Source of the DNA: an uncultured Chloroflexia bacterium
GTDB taxonomy: Bacteria > Chloroflexota > Limnocylindria > Limnocylindrales > CSP1-4
Length of the DNA stretch: 64,000 bases
Direction: 5' to 3'
Assembly: GCA_963768655.1 (NCBI GenBank)
Contig: CAVYIM010000003.1
Span: 544,001 to 608,000 of the forward strand
Shown: one piece after another, positions 1 to 9,484 of the stretch
Position numbering within the stretch: the first letter of the stretch is position 1
Layout of the letters: each line of letters opens with the position of its first letter
Program-made: the position numbers and the translations under genes
The notes under the pieces: model-generated
What the model was told of the DNA's origin: nothing
The model's database searches: none
What the model saw: the letters and a program-made list of their open reading frames with translations, nothing else

Positions 1-328
1 ACAGGCGGACCGCGGGACCTTTATCCTCGACGCCGAGGGGTTTGTGCGCTTTGCCGTGCACAACTCGTCGAACCAGGCGCGCGACGAGGGCGCGTACGTT
101 GCCGCGCTCGAGGCGATGGGCGCTGGCGGGCGTCCGGCGTAGGGCTACGAAGCTCGCTGGCTCCGCTACGGACCGGTGAGGTGACCTCGGGCGACATCCC
201 TGGGCTCGGGCCCGAGCAGGACGCGCGGTTAGTGCAGGACGCGCGGTTAGTGCGAGAGCCCTCGTCGTGTCGTCCGCTGGCGGGACACAGCATGGTCTCA
301 CTCGGCGCCGTGTCGCCCGATCGGTCGG

Positions 329-883
329 CTATGCGCTCGCCGACGCCGGAAGGCGATCAGATGGCAGCATGGCGGCAACGATGAGCAGCACCGGATTGCC
401 GATGAGGGCGAGGTCGATCCACGCGCGAGTTCCGAGCAGGCCCAACAGTGCGGGCGGCACATAGGTCGGCCCGGCGCTGGCACAGGCGCAGGCGGTGGCC
501 ATTATCGACAGGAAGAACATCAAGGGAGCGATGTACAACCACGCCACGGCGGCCACCAGAGTCGCGTGGCCGCGAAGCGTGGTCCAGTGACCGTGAACGG
601 GTAACAGGGCGAGCATGCCTGCCGTGGCGGCTTCCGCCAGGAGCAGCAACCCGAGGCCGGGTTGCGCGAGGATCGTCTGATCCGCGAGCGCGTACGCGGC
701 AGCCACGAGCGCCAGGGCGCAGGCCGCTCCAGCCAGCGCCGTCCGCCACACGTCGCGGCCCGGTGCGCTCGTCTCGGTTGCGATCGAGGGCACGCCACGC
801 GACCGCCGCCCCGCGCGAAACGCAAGCATCGGCCACAGCAGAATGAGCGCCAACGGCGGCAGCATGTAGATGAACCAGGCCAC
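329..883 (-). CDS. Hypothetical multi-pass membrane protein
   Basis: GTG start at 883 after GAGGAGG RBS; several hydrophobic segments; 3' part of ORF 329..1093. Confidence 0.55.
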   Translation of the reverse strand: MAWFIYMLPPLALILLWPMLAFRAGRRSRGVPSIATETSAPGRDVWRTALAGAACALALVAAAYALADQTILAQPGLGLLLLAEAATAGMLALLPVHGHWTTLRGHATLVAAVAWLYIAPLMFFLSIMATACACASAGPTYVPPALLGLLGTRAWIDLALIGNPVLLIVAAMLPSDRLPASASA

Positions 884-1511
884 GTGACCCCTCCTCGCAC
901 AGCTTTGCCGGACGCTCCCCGAGTCTGGACCAGGCCAGGTGGCAAGGTCAATAGACGATCGCCCGGCCGGCAGCCGTCCTGGGTGCGGTTCGCCCAAGCA
1001 CGAGCCGAACAACTCCTGCGGGCTGGCAGCGACCGGCGTCAGCCGCCCTGGGGAATGGCGGACATCCAGACTGGGCGCACCATGTTCACGCATCGTGGTG
1101 CCATCAGGACCTGGGCAAGCGGCCAGTAGGCGCTCGCGTCACCTGCGGCGATTGAGGTGGTCGACGAGCGGCGCGGCCGGCTCGACCAGCAGAGTCAGAC
1201 CCAACGCGTTTGCTTCGTCAGTCGTCGGCACCATTGCTCGCGTCTGTCCTGGCGTACCAGCAGGCGATCCACAGGCACCGTGTCGCCGACCAGGGGCCAC
1301 AACGGATCCCCGCACCGAGTGTCGGTGAGCAACAGCCTTGCACAGATGACTCTCCGGACGATGTCGCGCCACCGTTCCAAGAGGAATCGGAGTCGGAAAT
1401 CATCGACCGTGTACCTGTCCACGATGCCGCGCGCGTCGCAAAGCGCCCGCGGAGTGCGCCGGAATCGGTTTGTCTGCTTGATCTCCGTTCAGCAAGTCGA
1501 ACGGCAAGAGA

Positions 1512-2918
1512 TCATGGCGTCGCCTGACCGAACCAGGTTCCGTCCGGGCCGCTGAACAGGATCCCGTCGCGCATCAGGATGGCGCTGATCTGGCCGGGCG
1601 TCATGCTGGCCGAGGCGCCATCGCCGGTGATGGTCAGTCGCTTCCAGTGGGTTCCGTCGGCAGATATCCAGACCTGGTTGGGAACCGTGCCCGCGAACGT
1701 CGGGTTTCCGAAGACCTCCAGGCGGGCGCCGTCGCCGGTGAAGTCGCCGTTCGGATTCCCGACCCCCTCGCCCGTCGATTGCAGGCCGAGCGGATCGATC
1801 GTGCCGGGCTCGGCTTTCCAGCTCCGCCCGTCCACAGACGTCCAGAGCTGCGTCGTGCCCGGTGTCGCGCCGAGGTTGGACGTCTCCCCGAAGAGGCCGC
1901 CGCTGCCGGCGAACAGCTCCGTGAACGCGAAGCTGCGGCTGCTCGGGACCGTAGCCTGGGTCCAGTGCTCGCCATCGGTGGACCACCAGGCCAGCGGCTC
2001 CAGGCTCGCGTCGCCGGTCGAGCCCTTGCCCCCGGCGGCCACGAAACCGCCGCCGAACGCGGCGATCGTATCGACGAACGAACCTGCCGGTCCTGTCAGC
2101 GTTACCGGTTGCCAGGTCGTGCAGTCCGAAGTGAATTCGAGCCCCGCGTCGCCCGACGCGACCGCCCCGCTCGAGTTTCCGGCAAGGACGGTCGGTATCG
2201 TGGCAGTCGTCGGATCGACCCAAGTACTGCCATCGCTCGAATACCAGAGCTTGTGGCCGCCGGCCGTGTCATCGGTCGCGACGATCACGCCATCTCGACA
2301 GCTCGAACCGGCCGACACCGACACGTCGAGGTTGTCCAGGCCGAAGGTGGACGCCGGAAGCTGGGTCCACGACCGGCCGTCACGGGAGAGCCACACGGTC
2401 TCCGGGGCGGACACGTCCGTCTGCGCGATCGCCACGTAGCCGCCCGGCCACGGAATGACCCTCGATACGGCGAGAGGCGCGCCCGTCAGGGCCTGCACGT
2501 TCAGCCCCGTCCAGATCGAGGTCGAAAGCGGCGGGACCGTGCCGGCCGGCCCGGTCATGGTCGGCGTCGCCGAGGGCGTGGCCGACGGCGTGGCCGAGGG
2601 CGTGGCGGACGGCGTGGCGGACGGCGTGGCCGACGGCGCGACGGTCGGGCTTGCGGTGGACGTTGCCGTGGGCGCAGCTGATGTGGACGGCCCCACCGCG
2701 GGTGCAATCGCGAAGCGACTTGCCAGCACCACCACGGCAAAGGCGAGGAACACCGCCGCGGCCGCAGCCGGCATCCGCCACCGGATCGGTCGAGCGGGTT
2801 GGGCATCGCGCCGCAGTGTCCGGGTGACGCGGTCGCGCAGGGCCGGCGAGGCCACACCCGAGTCGAACCGGGCGTGCATGCGACGACTCAGTCGATCCTC
2901 GAATTCACGCTCGTCCAT
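1512..2918 (-). CDS. Putative anti-sigma-factor-like membrane protein with S/T/P-rich linker and extracellular repeat (beta-propeller-like) domain
   Basis: Overlaps end of ECF sigma gene; short charged N-terminus, one TM helix, (SATP)n linker, repeated WxSxDGxxW motifs. Confidence 0.7.
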   Translation of the reverse strand: MDEREFEDRLSRRMHARFDSGVASPALRDRVTRTLRRDAQPARPIRWRMPAAAAAVFLAFAVVVLASRFAIAPAVGPSTSAAPTATSTASPTVAPSATPSATPSATPSATPSATPSATPTMTGPAGTVPPLSTSIWTGLNVQALTGAPLAVSRVIPWPGGYVAIAQTDVSAPETVWLSRDGRSWTQLPASTFGLDNLDVSVSAGSSCRDGVIVATDDTAGGHKLWYSSDGSTWVDPTTATIPTVLAGNSSGAVASGDAGLEFTSDCTTWQPVTLTGPAGSFVDTIAAFGGGFVAAGGKGSTGDASLEPLAWWSTDGEHWTQATVPSSRSFAFTELFAGSGGLFGETSNLGATPGTTQLWTSVDGRSWKAEPGTIDPLGLQSTGEGVGNPNGDFTGDGARLEVFGNPTFAGTVPNQVWISADGTHWKRLTITGDGASASMTPGQISAILMRDGILFSGPDGTWFGQATP

Positions 2919-3417
2919 CGGTCGCCTCCAGGGTCGCGCGCATCTTCTTCAGCGCGTAGTGCAGCCGCGACTTGACCGTGCCGGCGGGCAGGCCCAGGCG
3001 ATCGGCGATCTCTTCTGCCGTCAGGTCGCGCCAGTAGCGCAGGACGACGACCGCGCGGTGATCCGCGTCGAGGGCGGCCAGCGCTTCGTCGAGGTTGTCA
3101 TCGACCGGACCTGGCGCGGTCCTGTCATCGGCTGCGGCCGCCTGGAGCGCGAGAGCACGCACCCGTTGGCGCTTTCTCCGCCGCAGCCGGTCTCGGCATA
3201 CGTTGATCACGACACGTTCGAACCAGGGCGAGAAGAGGTCGGAGTCGCGCAGGGAGTTGTTCTTCTGCCATGCGATCAGGCACGCGTCCTGAACGGCGTC
3301 TTCCGCCTCCCGATCGTCGAGCATGATCGCCCGCGCCAGGCGATATGCCCGGTCGAGCTCACGCTCGATACGCCGCGCCAGCATTTCTCGCCGGTCGACC
3401 ACCATCAAGGTCTCCAC
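2905..3417 (-). CDS. ECF-type sigma-70 family RNA polymerase sigma factor
   Basis: Region 2 (AEDAVQDA..AW, F..WF.R...N) and region 4 (EIA..LGLP.GTVKSRL) motifs. Confidence 0.9.
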   Translation of the reverse strand: METLMVVDRREMLARRIERELDRAYRLARAIMLDDREAEDAVQDACLIAWQKNNSLRDSDLFSPWFERVVINVCRDRLRRRKRQRVRALALQAAAADDRTAPGPVDDNLDEALAALDADHRAVVVLRYWRDLTAEEIADRLGLPAGTVKSRLHYALKKMRATLEATDGRA

Positions 3418-3473
3418 CCGAACCCTCTCGAGCCATGCGTTTCGCGGGACTCTTGCCGCGTTTCAGGCCAACA

Positions 3474-3500
3474 GACGATTGGACAGGCCCAGAAGGTTCA
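3474..3500 (-). promoter_or_regulatory. Putative ECF-type autoregulatory promoter (TGAACC-N17-CGTC)
   Basis: AAC/CGT bipartite motif typical of ECF promoters, about 60 nt upstream of the sigma gene. Confidence 0.45.
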
Positions 3501-3696
3501 CAAGCAGGCTCGGCAAACTCTCCGCGACCGACGCCGGTGGCTTCCACGGCTCCTCAAGTCGCGCAGACCCATCGAAGGGTACAGTCGGAAGGGGCTGCGG
3601 TCAGGATGATCCTGGAGGCGGCGAGACCCACTCGGGCCCCGGCGACTCGCCGCCCGGGTCGCCGCGACCGGCGTTTTCCGCCGCTACACTTGCGGC

Positions 3697-4722
3697 ATGG
3701 GGGAGTTGTCGGCGACCGATTCCAGCTCGGCGCTCATCGCTGCGCTGGCTGCGTCCGAAGATCCGATCCTCGCCTACAGGGCCGGACTGCTGCTGGCGGG
3801 CGCGTCCGGGGGCGACGCGCGGCACGACGTCGCGCTCGAGGCGGTTCGCGCCCGGATACCCGCGTCGCCGACGGCCCGGGCGCTGCTTCGTGGCCGCGAC
3901 ATCGACGAGCAATCTAACGCGTATCGCAAGTGGCAGGGCCCGCACTGGACGCTGGTCTGTTTGGCCCTGATCGACTACCCGCCCGGCGACGAATCGCTCG
4001 TCCCGCTCATCCGCCGGGTCGACGACTGGCTCTTCTCCCGGCAGCACCTGAGCCCGCCCGGAACTACCGTCTACAGAGGCGAGGAGGACCGCGTCCGGCG
4101 CTGCGGATCCCAGGAAGGAAACGCGATCTGGTATTCGGTCAGGCTCGGGCTGGAGAACGAGCGGACGGTCGAGCTGGTCGATCGGCTGATCGGCTGGCAG
4201 TGGCCGGACGGCGGCTGGAACTGCGACAAGCGGCGGGGCGTCCGGTGTTCGTCCTTCCAGGAAACGGCCATCCCGGCCCGCGGCCTGTGGGCCTTCGGGC
4301 AGCGGCACGCATACGAGCCGGCCATCCGGGCCGCGAACAGGGCGGCCGAGCTGATGCTCTCGCGCCGTTTGCTCTGGCGGCAGCGCGATGGCTCCCTGGT
4401 CGAGCCCGACTGGGGCGGCGCCGTGGACCGGATCCACTTCCCGATCCAGTTCTACGACGTTCTCTTCGCCCTGGAGGTCATGGCCGAGCTGGGACGAATC
4501 GGCGATCGCAGATGCGCCGACGCGCTGGCGCTGCTCGAGTCGAAGCGCCTGCCCGACGGCGGCTTTCCGATCGAAGACCTGAACGCGACCCCCTCCGATC
4601 GGATCGTCAGCCGCGGCAGCTTCGCCAGATGGGGGCCGGCCGGGCGGCGACAGGGCAACCCGCTGGTCAGCCTTCGGGCGTTCGAGGTCCTGGGGGCGGC
4701 CGAACGTTCGCGCGACGCCTGA
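3697..4722 (+). CDS. Hypothetical protein with prenyltransferase/squalene-oxidase-like repeats
   Basis: QWPDGGWNC and LPDGGF repeat motifs; leaderless start 6 nt after TACACT. Confidence 0.65.
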   Translation: MGELSATDSSSALIAALAASEDPILAYRAGLLLAGASGGDARHDVALEAVRARIPASPTARALLRGRDIDEQSNAYRKWQGPHWTLVCLALIDYPPGDESLVPLIRRVDDWLFSRQHLSPPGTTVYRGEEDRVRRCGSQEGNAIWYSVRLGLENERTVELVDRLIGWQWPDGGWNCDKRRGVRCSSFQETAIPARGLWAFGQRHAYEPAIRAANRAAELMLSRRLLWRQRDGSLVEPDWGGAVDRIHFPIQFYDVLFALEVMAELGRIGDRRCADALALLESKRLPDGGFPIEDLNATPSDRIVSRGSFARWGPAGRRQGNPLVSLRAFEVLGAAERSRDA

Positions 4723-5080
4723 CCCCGGAGGCGATCCTGACGAGGACCAAACCCCCGAGGCCGACGATCCATACGGTCAGGCCTGCCTCGAGGTACGTCT
4801 TCCAGCCCGCGCCGGGGAATCGGGGCGTCAGGGCCGTGAGCACGAGAACGGCCGTCGCGCAGGCGAGCGTCCAGCCTGCGGGGCCAACGAGGCGCGTCTC
4901 CGATCTCCACAGGACGGCGCACCAGAGAGCGAATACTCCCAGGTTGAAGAAGTCGGAGAGCAGGAAACCCGGGTACCAATCCTGCGAACCCGCGAAAAAG
5001 GACACAGCCCATACGAGGCCGGGCGCGGCCAGACACGCTGCCGTCCACACGGCTGCCCGCCGGCCCGGGGGCTGTCTCAT
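4667..5080 (-). CDS. Hypothetical membrane protein
   Basis: About four hydrophobic segments; convergent overlap with previous gene. Confidence 0.4.
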   Translation of the reverse strand: MRQPPGRRAAVWTAACLAAPGLVWAVSFFAGSQDWYPGFLLSDFFNLGVFALWCAVLWRSETRLVGPAGWTLACATAVLVLTALTPRFPGAGWKTYLEAGLTVWIVGLGGLVLVRIASGVRRRANVRPPPGPRTPEG

Positions 5081-5154
5081 CGTCGGCGCCTACAGAAGGT
5101 TACGGAAGAACGTTGCCGAGGCAACGCATCGGGTGCCGCTCAGGCGCGGCTCTG

Positions 5155-5487
5155 TCAGCGGCGCTGCTTGGCGTGGCAGTCGATGCAGTCCTGAGCCCAG
5201 GGCAACGCCTCCAGGCGCGCGGGTGCGATCGGCTTGCCGCACGTATGACACAGCCCGAAAGTGCCCGCCTCGATCCGGCGCAACGCGCCCTCGATCTGGC
5301 CGAGGTGCTGCTCCTCGCGCTCCCGGAGCTGCTGGCCGCGCTGGCTCTCGGAGACTTCTGTCGCCGCGGCGGTCTGGGCGCCGTGGGCGACGTGCGGGTG
5401 CTCGACCTCCTCGGAGAGCTCCAGCCGGATGCGCGCGCGCTCGGCTTCGAGCGTCTGGCGCGCGTTCTCGATCAGCTTGGAGTCCAT
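5155..5487 (-). CDS. TraR/DksA family C4 zinc-finger protein
   Basis: Coiled coil followed by ALRRIEAGTFGLCHTCGKPI..RLEALPWA..CIDC; TAGGAT -10 lies 7 nt before ATG. Confidence 0.85.
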   Translation of the reverse strand: MDSKLIENARQTLEAERARIRLELSEEVEHPHVAHGAQTAAATEVSESQRGQQLREREEQHLGQIEGALRRIEAGTFGLCHTCGKPIAPARLEALPWAQDCIDCHAKQRR

Positions 5488-5695
5488 GGGTGGCATCCTA
5501 CCCTTCTGGCTCAGGGCGTGTGGGCCTTCCAGCACATTCTCGACGCGCCGCCGCCAGGCTCCCGGACGGCGACTGTGTACAACTCGAACCGCCTGCCGGG
5601 CCGTTCTGGCCGGCGGAGCTAGACTCCAACCTGCGACCGAGCGAGTCAGGCCTGGAAGCCCGATGGCGACCGCCCTTTCGGCCGAAGGAGAACCG

Positions 5696-5863
5696 ATGGC
5701 TTACGCGAAGGACCCCGTGTGCGGCATGGAGGTCGACACGGACACCGACCTCAAGACCGAGCACGACGGCGAGACCTACTACTTCTGCAGTCGGGGCTGC
5801 AAGCTCGACTTCGAGGAAGATCCCGAGAAGTACCTCGATCCGGAGTACGAGCCGCATATGTGA
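5696..5863 (+). CDS. YHS domain protein
   Basis: KDPVCGMEV...GETYYFCSRGC..FEEDPEKY; AAGGAG RBS. Confidence 0.9.
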   Translation: MAYAKDPVCGMEVDTDTDLKTEHDGETYYFCSRGCKLDFEEDPEKYLDPEYEPHM

Positions 5864-6060
5864 AGCCGGGCCGAGAACGACGTTGCGCGGCCGGTCGCCC
5901 GCCGTATGCCGCCGGCCGCCCGAGCTGCCGCCGACGGCTGGGTGCAGGCGGAGCCGCCCCGCCGCCCACGCCCGCGTGGTACGCTCACCGCGACGTTGTG
6001 GAGTGCCGAGCCAGCCTCCTAGCCTGACGATCGAGAACCGAACCACCCAGGAGAAACCCG

Positions 6061-6345
6061 ATGACTTATGTGATCGCCGAGCCCTGCGTCGATGTGACCG
6101 ACCGCGCGTGTGTTTCCGTCTGCCCGGTCGACTGCATCCACGAGGAAGAGGGCGACCGGACTCTGTACATCGAGCCGAACGAGTGCATCGACTGTGGCGC
6201 CTGCGAGCCCGAGTGCCCGGTGAACGCCATCTTCACCGAGGATGCGCTCCCGCCCCAGTGGGCCGTCTACACGGAGATCAACGCGCTCTGGTTTACGGAC
6301 AAAGCCGCTGCCCGGGCGATGGTGGACAAGGCCAAGCCCCGCTGA
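6061..6345 (+). CDS. Dicluster (FdxA-like) ferredoxin
   Basis: MTYVIAEPC..CVSVCPVDCI..CIDCGACEPECPVNAI. Confidence 0.92.
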   Translation: MTYVIAEPCVDVTDRACVSVCPVDCIHEEEGDRTLYIEPNECIDCGACEPECPVNAIFTEDALPPQWAVYTEINALWFTDKAAARAMVDKAKPR

Positions 6346-6362
6346 CCGCCTCGAGTTCGAAC

Positions 6363-6390
6363 AAGCGCCCGGCCCACCGGCCGGGCGCTT
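6363..6390 (+). terminator. GC-rich hairpin after ferredoxin gene
   Basis: AAGCGCCCGGCC-CACC-GGCCGGGCGCTT perfect inverted repeat. Confidence 0.6.
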
Positions 6391-6445
6391 CGGATTCCGG
6401 GACTCGCGGTGGCGTGGGCTCGGGTGGGCGGCCCGCCTCTGACGC

Positions 6446-6527
6446 GGCCGCGGGCCGGGGTGTGGGCCGCGGGTCGGGCCGCGGGCCGGGGTGTGGGCCG
6501 CGGGTCGGGCCGCGGGCCGGGGTGGGG
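6446..6527. repeat. G-rich tandem repeat (30-bp unit built from GGGCCGCGGG subunits, about 2.7 copies)
   Basis: Directly visible in sequence. Confidence 0.75.
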
Positions 6528-6602
6528 GCAGGACTGCCCGCCCAGACGCTCAGTGCAGCGCCAGATAAGGGGCCGATAAGGCGCCGCGGCTAGACTTGTC
6601 CG

Positions 6603-7511
6603 ATGCGAATCGTCTCGCTCCTGCCCTCTGCCACCGAAATCGTATGCGCCCTGGGGTTGCGCGACGAACTCGTCGGCGTCAGCCACTGCTGCGACTACCC
6701 GCCGGAGATCGAGGGAGTCGCGGTTGTCACGCGGCCGCTGCCCGCCGCCGACCGGGCTCAATCGCTGCACCTGTTCATGGACAACGAGATCGGACCGGGC
6801 GAGCTGGACGTCGAGGCGCTTCGCGCCGCGCAGCCGGATCTCGTGATCGTGCGTGACGCGGTCGCCGGCATCGGCATCGGCACCCGCCAGGTCCGCGAGG
6901 CGCTGAGGGAGACGGCGGTCGAACCGGTCATCGTCTCGCTGGAGCCCGTCAGCGTTGAGGGCATCTTCCACTCCATCACCACGGTCGGGGCGATGGTCGA
7001 GGCCGAGGACGACGCCATGGAGCTCCTTGAAGCGCTCCGGGAGGAGATCGGCGACCTGGAACAGCAGGTCGTCGTTCGCCAGGACGCGGGCATCCGGGCT
7101 CCGCGCGTGGTCATGCTGGCGGGCCTGGAGCCGCCGTTCGCCAGCGGTCGCTGGGTTCCGGAGCAGGTTCGTCGCGCCGGCGGCTGGGACCTGCTCGGAA
7201 GCGAGGGCGACGCCGCGTCGCCGATCGACTGGGAGACGGTCCGCGACGTCGATCCCGAAATGCTGGTGATGGCGCCGGTGGGGATGCATCTGCCCGCGGC
7301 GAAGCGCGCATTCACACGGACGCAACTGCCGGAGTTCTGGCACGAGATCGAGGCAGTCCGCCGCGGTCGGATCTTCATCGTCGAGCCGGTCTACTTCGAG
7401 CGGCCGGGCCCGCGGATCGTGGACGGTGTTGGCATGCTGGCCGAAATCTTCGACCCCGACGCCTTCATCGACACGTCGCCCCCGGGCAGCTGGACGCCGG
7501 TGATGGAGTAG
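6603..7511 (+). CDS. Cobalamin/iron-siderophore-type substrate-binding protein (BtuF-like, no signal peptide)
   Basis: MRIVSLLPSATEIVCALGL.DELVGVSHCCDYP and RPGPRIVDG motifs; TAGACT -10 lies 6 nt before ATG. Confidence 0.85.
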   Translation: MRIVSLLPSATEIVCALGLRDELVGVSHCCDYPPEIEGVAVVTRPLPAADRAQSLHLFMDNEIGPGELDVEALRAAQPDLVIVRDAVAGIGIGTRQVREALRETAVEPVIVSLEPVSVEGIFHSITTVGAMVEAEDDAMELLEALREEIGDLEQQVVVRQDAGIRAPRVVMLAGLEPPFASGRWVPEQVRRAGGWDLLGSEGDAASPIDWETVRDVDPEMLVMAPVGMHLPAAKRAFTRTQLPEFWHEIEAVRRGRIFIVEPVYFERPGPRIVDGVGMLAEIFDPDAFIDTSPPGSWTPVME

Positions 7512-7521
7512 GGGGCGGGAG

Positions 7522-8223
7522 ATGGCAACCGGTGGCCCGCCCGAGAGCGTCGAGTCGGAGATGGTCCGCTACTACGCGGCCCGAGCCGACGAATACGACG
7601 ACTGGTACCTGCGCCGCGGTCGCTACTCGCACGGCCCCGCCAACGACGCAGCCTGGCGTTCAGACCTCGAGGCGGCCGCCGCGTGGCTGGCCAGCCGAGG
7701 GTTTCGTGGCCAGATCGTCGATCTGGCGGCGGGCACCGGCTGGTGGTCGCCGGCGCTGGCAAGGCAGGGGCAGCTCACCCTGTGCGATGCTGCGGCCCAG
7801 CCGCTCGAGAAGGCCCGGGCTCGACTGGCGGCGGCCGGCGTCACCGCGAGATTCGAGATTCGCGATGCCTGGCAGGAGCCCGACCGGTCCGTCGATGGCG
7901 TCTTCGCCGGCTTCTGGATCAGCCACGTCGATCGCCGCCAGCTTGACGAGTTCTTCGAGCTGGTCGCTCGGTGGCTCGTCCCGGGCGGGCTGTTCGCCTT
8001 CATCGACTCGCGCCAGGACCCTGAGTCGGGCGCCCGAGACCATCGCCCGCCCGTCGACGACGTCCAGGTCCGCCGCCTCGACGATGGCACGAGCTTCCAC
8101 GTCCGGAAGGTCTTCTACGAGCCCTCGGATCTCGCGGCGGCGCTGCAGCGAGCCGGTTTCTCGGAGGTCCAGGTAGTCGCCACGGATCGGTTCTTCGTGC
8201 TCGGCTCGGGTCGTCGCCGGTAG
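7522..8223 (+). CDS. Class I SAM-dependent methyltransferase
   Basis: YY.ARA.EYD, VDLAAGTGWW motif I, GFWISHV, LVPGG. Confidence 0.85.
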   Translation: MATGGPPESVESEMVRYYAARADEYDDWYLRRGRYSHGPANDAAWRSDLEAAAAWLASRGFRGQIVDLAAGTGWWSPALARQGQLTLCDAAAQPLEKARARLAAAGVTARFEIRDAWQEPDRSVDGVFAGFWISHVDRRQLDEFFELVARWLVPGGLFAFIDSRQDPESGARDHRPPVDDVQVRRLDDGTSFHVRKVFYEPSDLAAALQRAGFSEVQVVATDRFFVLGSGRRR

Positions 8224-8556
8224 CTCCGACACTCTGGCCGGGCAGCCGCTAGAGAGGCTGGAGTGAGGCTCCGATTTCAGGATTAACTCAGTCGATAGCT
8301 TGAATATTCCATTTGCCTCCTCCCCTCCTCCAAGGGCAAGACGAGAACAAACAAGCCGGTCGCCCCCCATCCCAGCGACCGGCTCTCGTCTGTCTGGGGC
8401 CCCGCGAAGCCACCGAAGACGAGCCGTCGGGCCGAACCCGGGTCCATGCCACGGCCGGGCCGTTGTTCGGCTTTTGGTCCCGGCGTCGCCCCCGGACGGC
8501 CAATTTCGCGCGCAACGGCCCCTCGCGGCCGCCCGGCGACGCCTATACTCCGCCGC

Positions 8557-9483
8557 ATGTCGCCGCTTTCGAACCGAACTGTCGCCACTATCGGCTCCGG
8601 CGTGATGGCCGAGTCGATCATCGCCGGGCTGCTCCGGGGCAAGCTCGTCGGCCCGGGTCAGATCGTCGGCAGCGAGCCGCGACCCGAGCGGCGCGAGGAG
8701 CTTGCGAGCCAGTACGGCGTGCGCATGGTCGCCTCCAACCTGGAGGCGGCGAGCGGCGCCGACGTGATCCTGCTTTCGGTCAAGCCACAGACGCTGACCA
8801 AGGTCGGGCACGAGCTGGGCGGCCACCTGTGGCCGAATCAGCTGGTGGTCTCGATCGTGGCCGGGGCCAACTGCAAGGTGCTCACGGCGCTGCTCGACCA
8901 CCGCGAGGTCGTCCGCAGCATGCCGAACACACCCGCCCAGATCGGCCGCGGCATCACCGTCTGGTACGCCACCCCGGAAGTCACCGAGGTGCAGTGCGAC
9001 CAGGCGCGCGTGCTGCTGAGGGCGCTCGGCACGGACCTGCAGGTCGAGGACGAGAAGTTCGTCGAAATGGCCACCGCGGTCAGCGGCACCGGGCCGGCCT
9101 ACGTCTTCCTGGTCATGGAGGCGCTCATCGACGCCGCCGTCCATCTCGGCTTCCCGCGCCACGTCGCCCACGACCTCGTCATCGAGACGCTCGAGGGCAG
9201 CACGGCCTTTGCCAAGGCGACAGCTCAGCACCCTGCGGTGCTGCGGAACATGGTCACCTCGCCGGGCGGCACCAGCGCCGCCGCGATCCACGAGCTCGAG
9301 TCGGGGCGCCTCCGGACTGTCCTCTCCGAGGCGGTTTGGGCGTCCTACCGGCGAACGGTCGAGCTGGGCGCGGAGCTCGAGCTGGGCCTTGGACTCAATG
9401 AGGGCGCGAGCGACGCCACGAACGGTCGGACTTCGAACGGAGCGCGTTCGAAGACATCGACCGCGCAGCGACCCGGTCGCTAG
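8557..9483 (+). CDS. proC: Pyrroline-5-carboxylate reductase
   Basis: IGSGVMA, LSVKPQ, VVRSMPNTP, AVSGTGPAYVF, VTSPGGTS; leaderless after TATACT. Confidence 0.95.
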   Translation: MSPLSNRTVATIGSGVMAESIIAGLLRGKLVGPGQIVGSEPRPERREELASQYGVRMVASNLEAASGADVILLSVKPQTLTKVGHELGGHLWPNQLVVSIVAGANCKVLTALLDHREVVRSMPNTPAQIGRGITVWYATPEVTEVQCDQARVLLRALGTDLQVEDEKFVEMATAVSGTGPAYVFLVMEALIDAAVHLGFPRHVAHDLVIETLEGSTAFAKATAQHPAVLRNMVTSPGGTSAAAIHELESGRLRTVLSEAVWASYRRTVELGAELELGLGLNEGASDATNGRTSNGARSKTSTAQRPGR

Positions 9484-9484
9484 C

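Noticed and set aside
900-1500. Short ORFs such as 1195..1422 and 1139..1372
   Set aside because: No convincing RBS, promoter or motif; cannot choose a frame.
3930-6593. 887-aa ORF and other long Arg/Pro/Gly-rich ORFs (e.g. 22450..25845, 53980..57429, 7660..9486)
   Set aside because: Shadow frames of real genes in high-GC DNA; no recognisable motifs.
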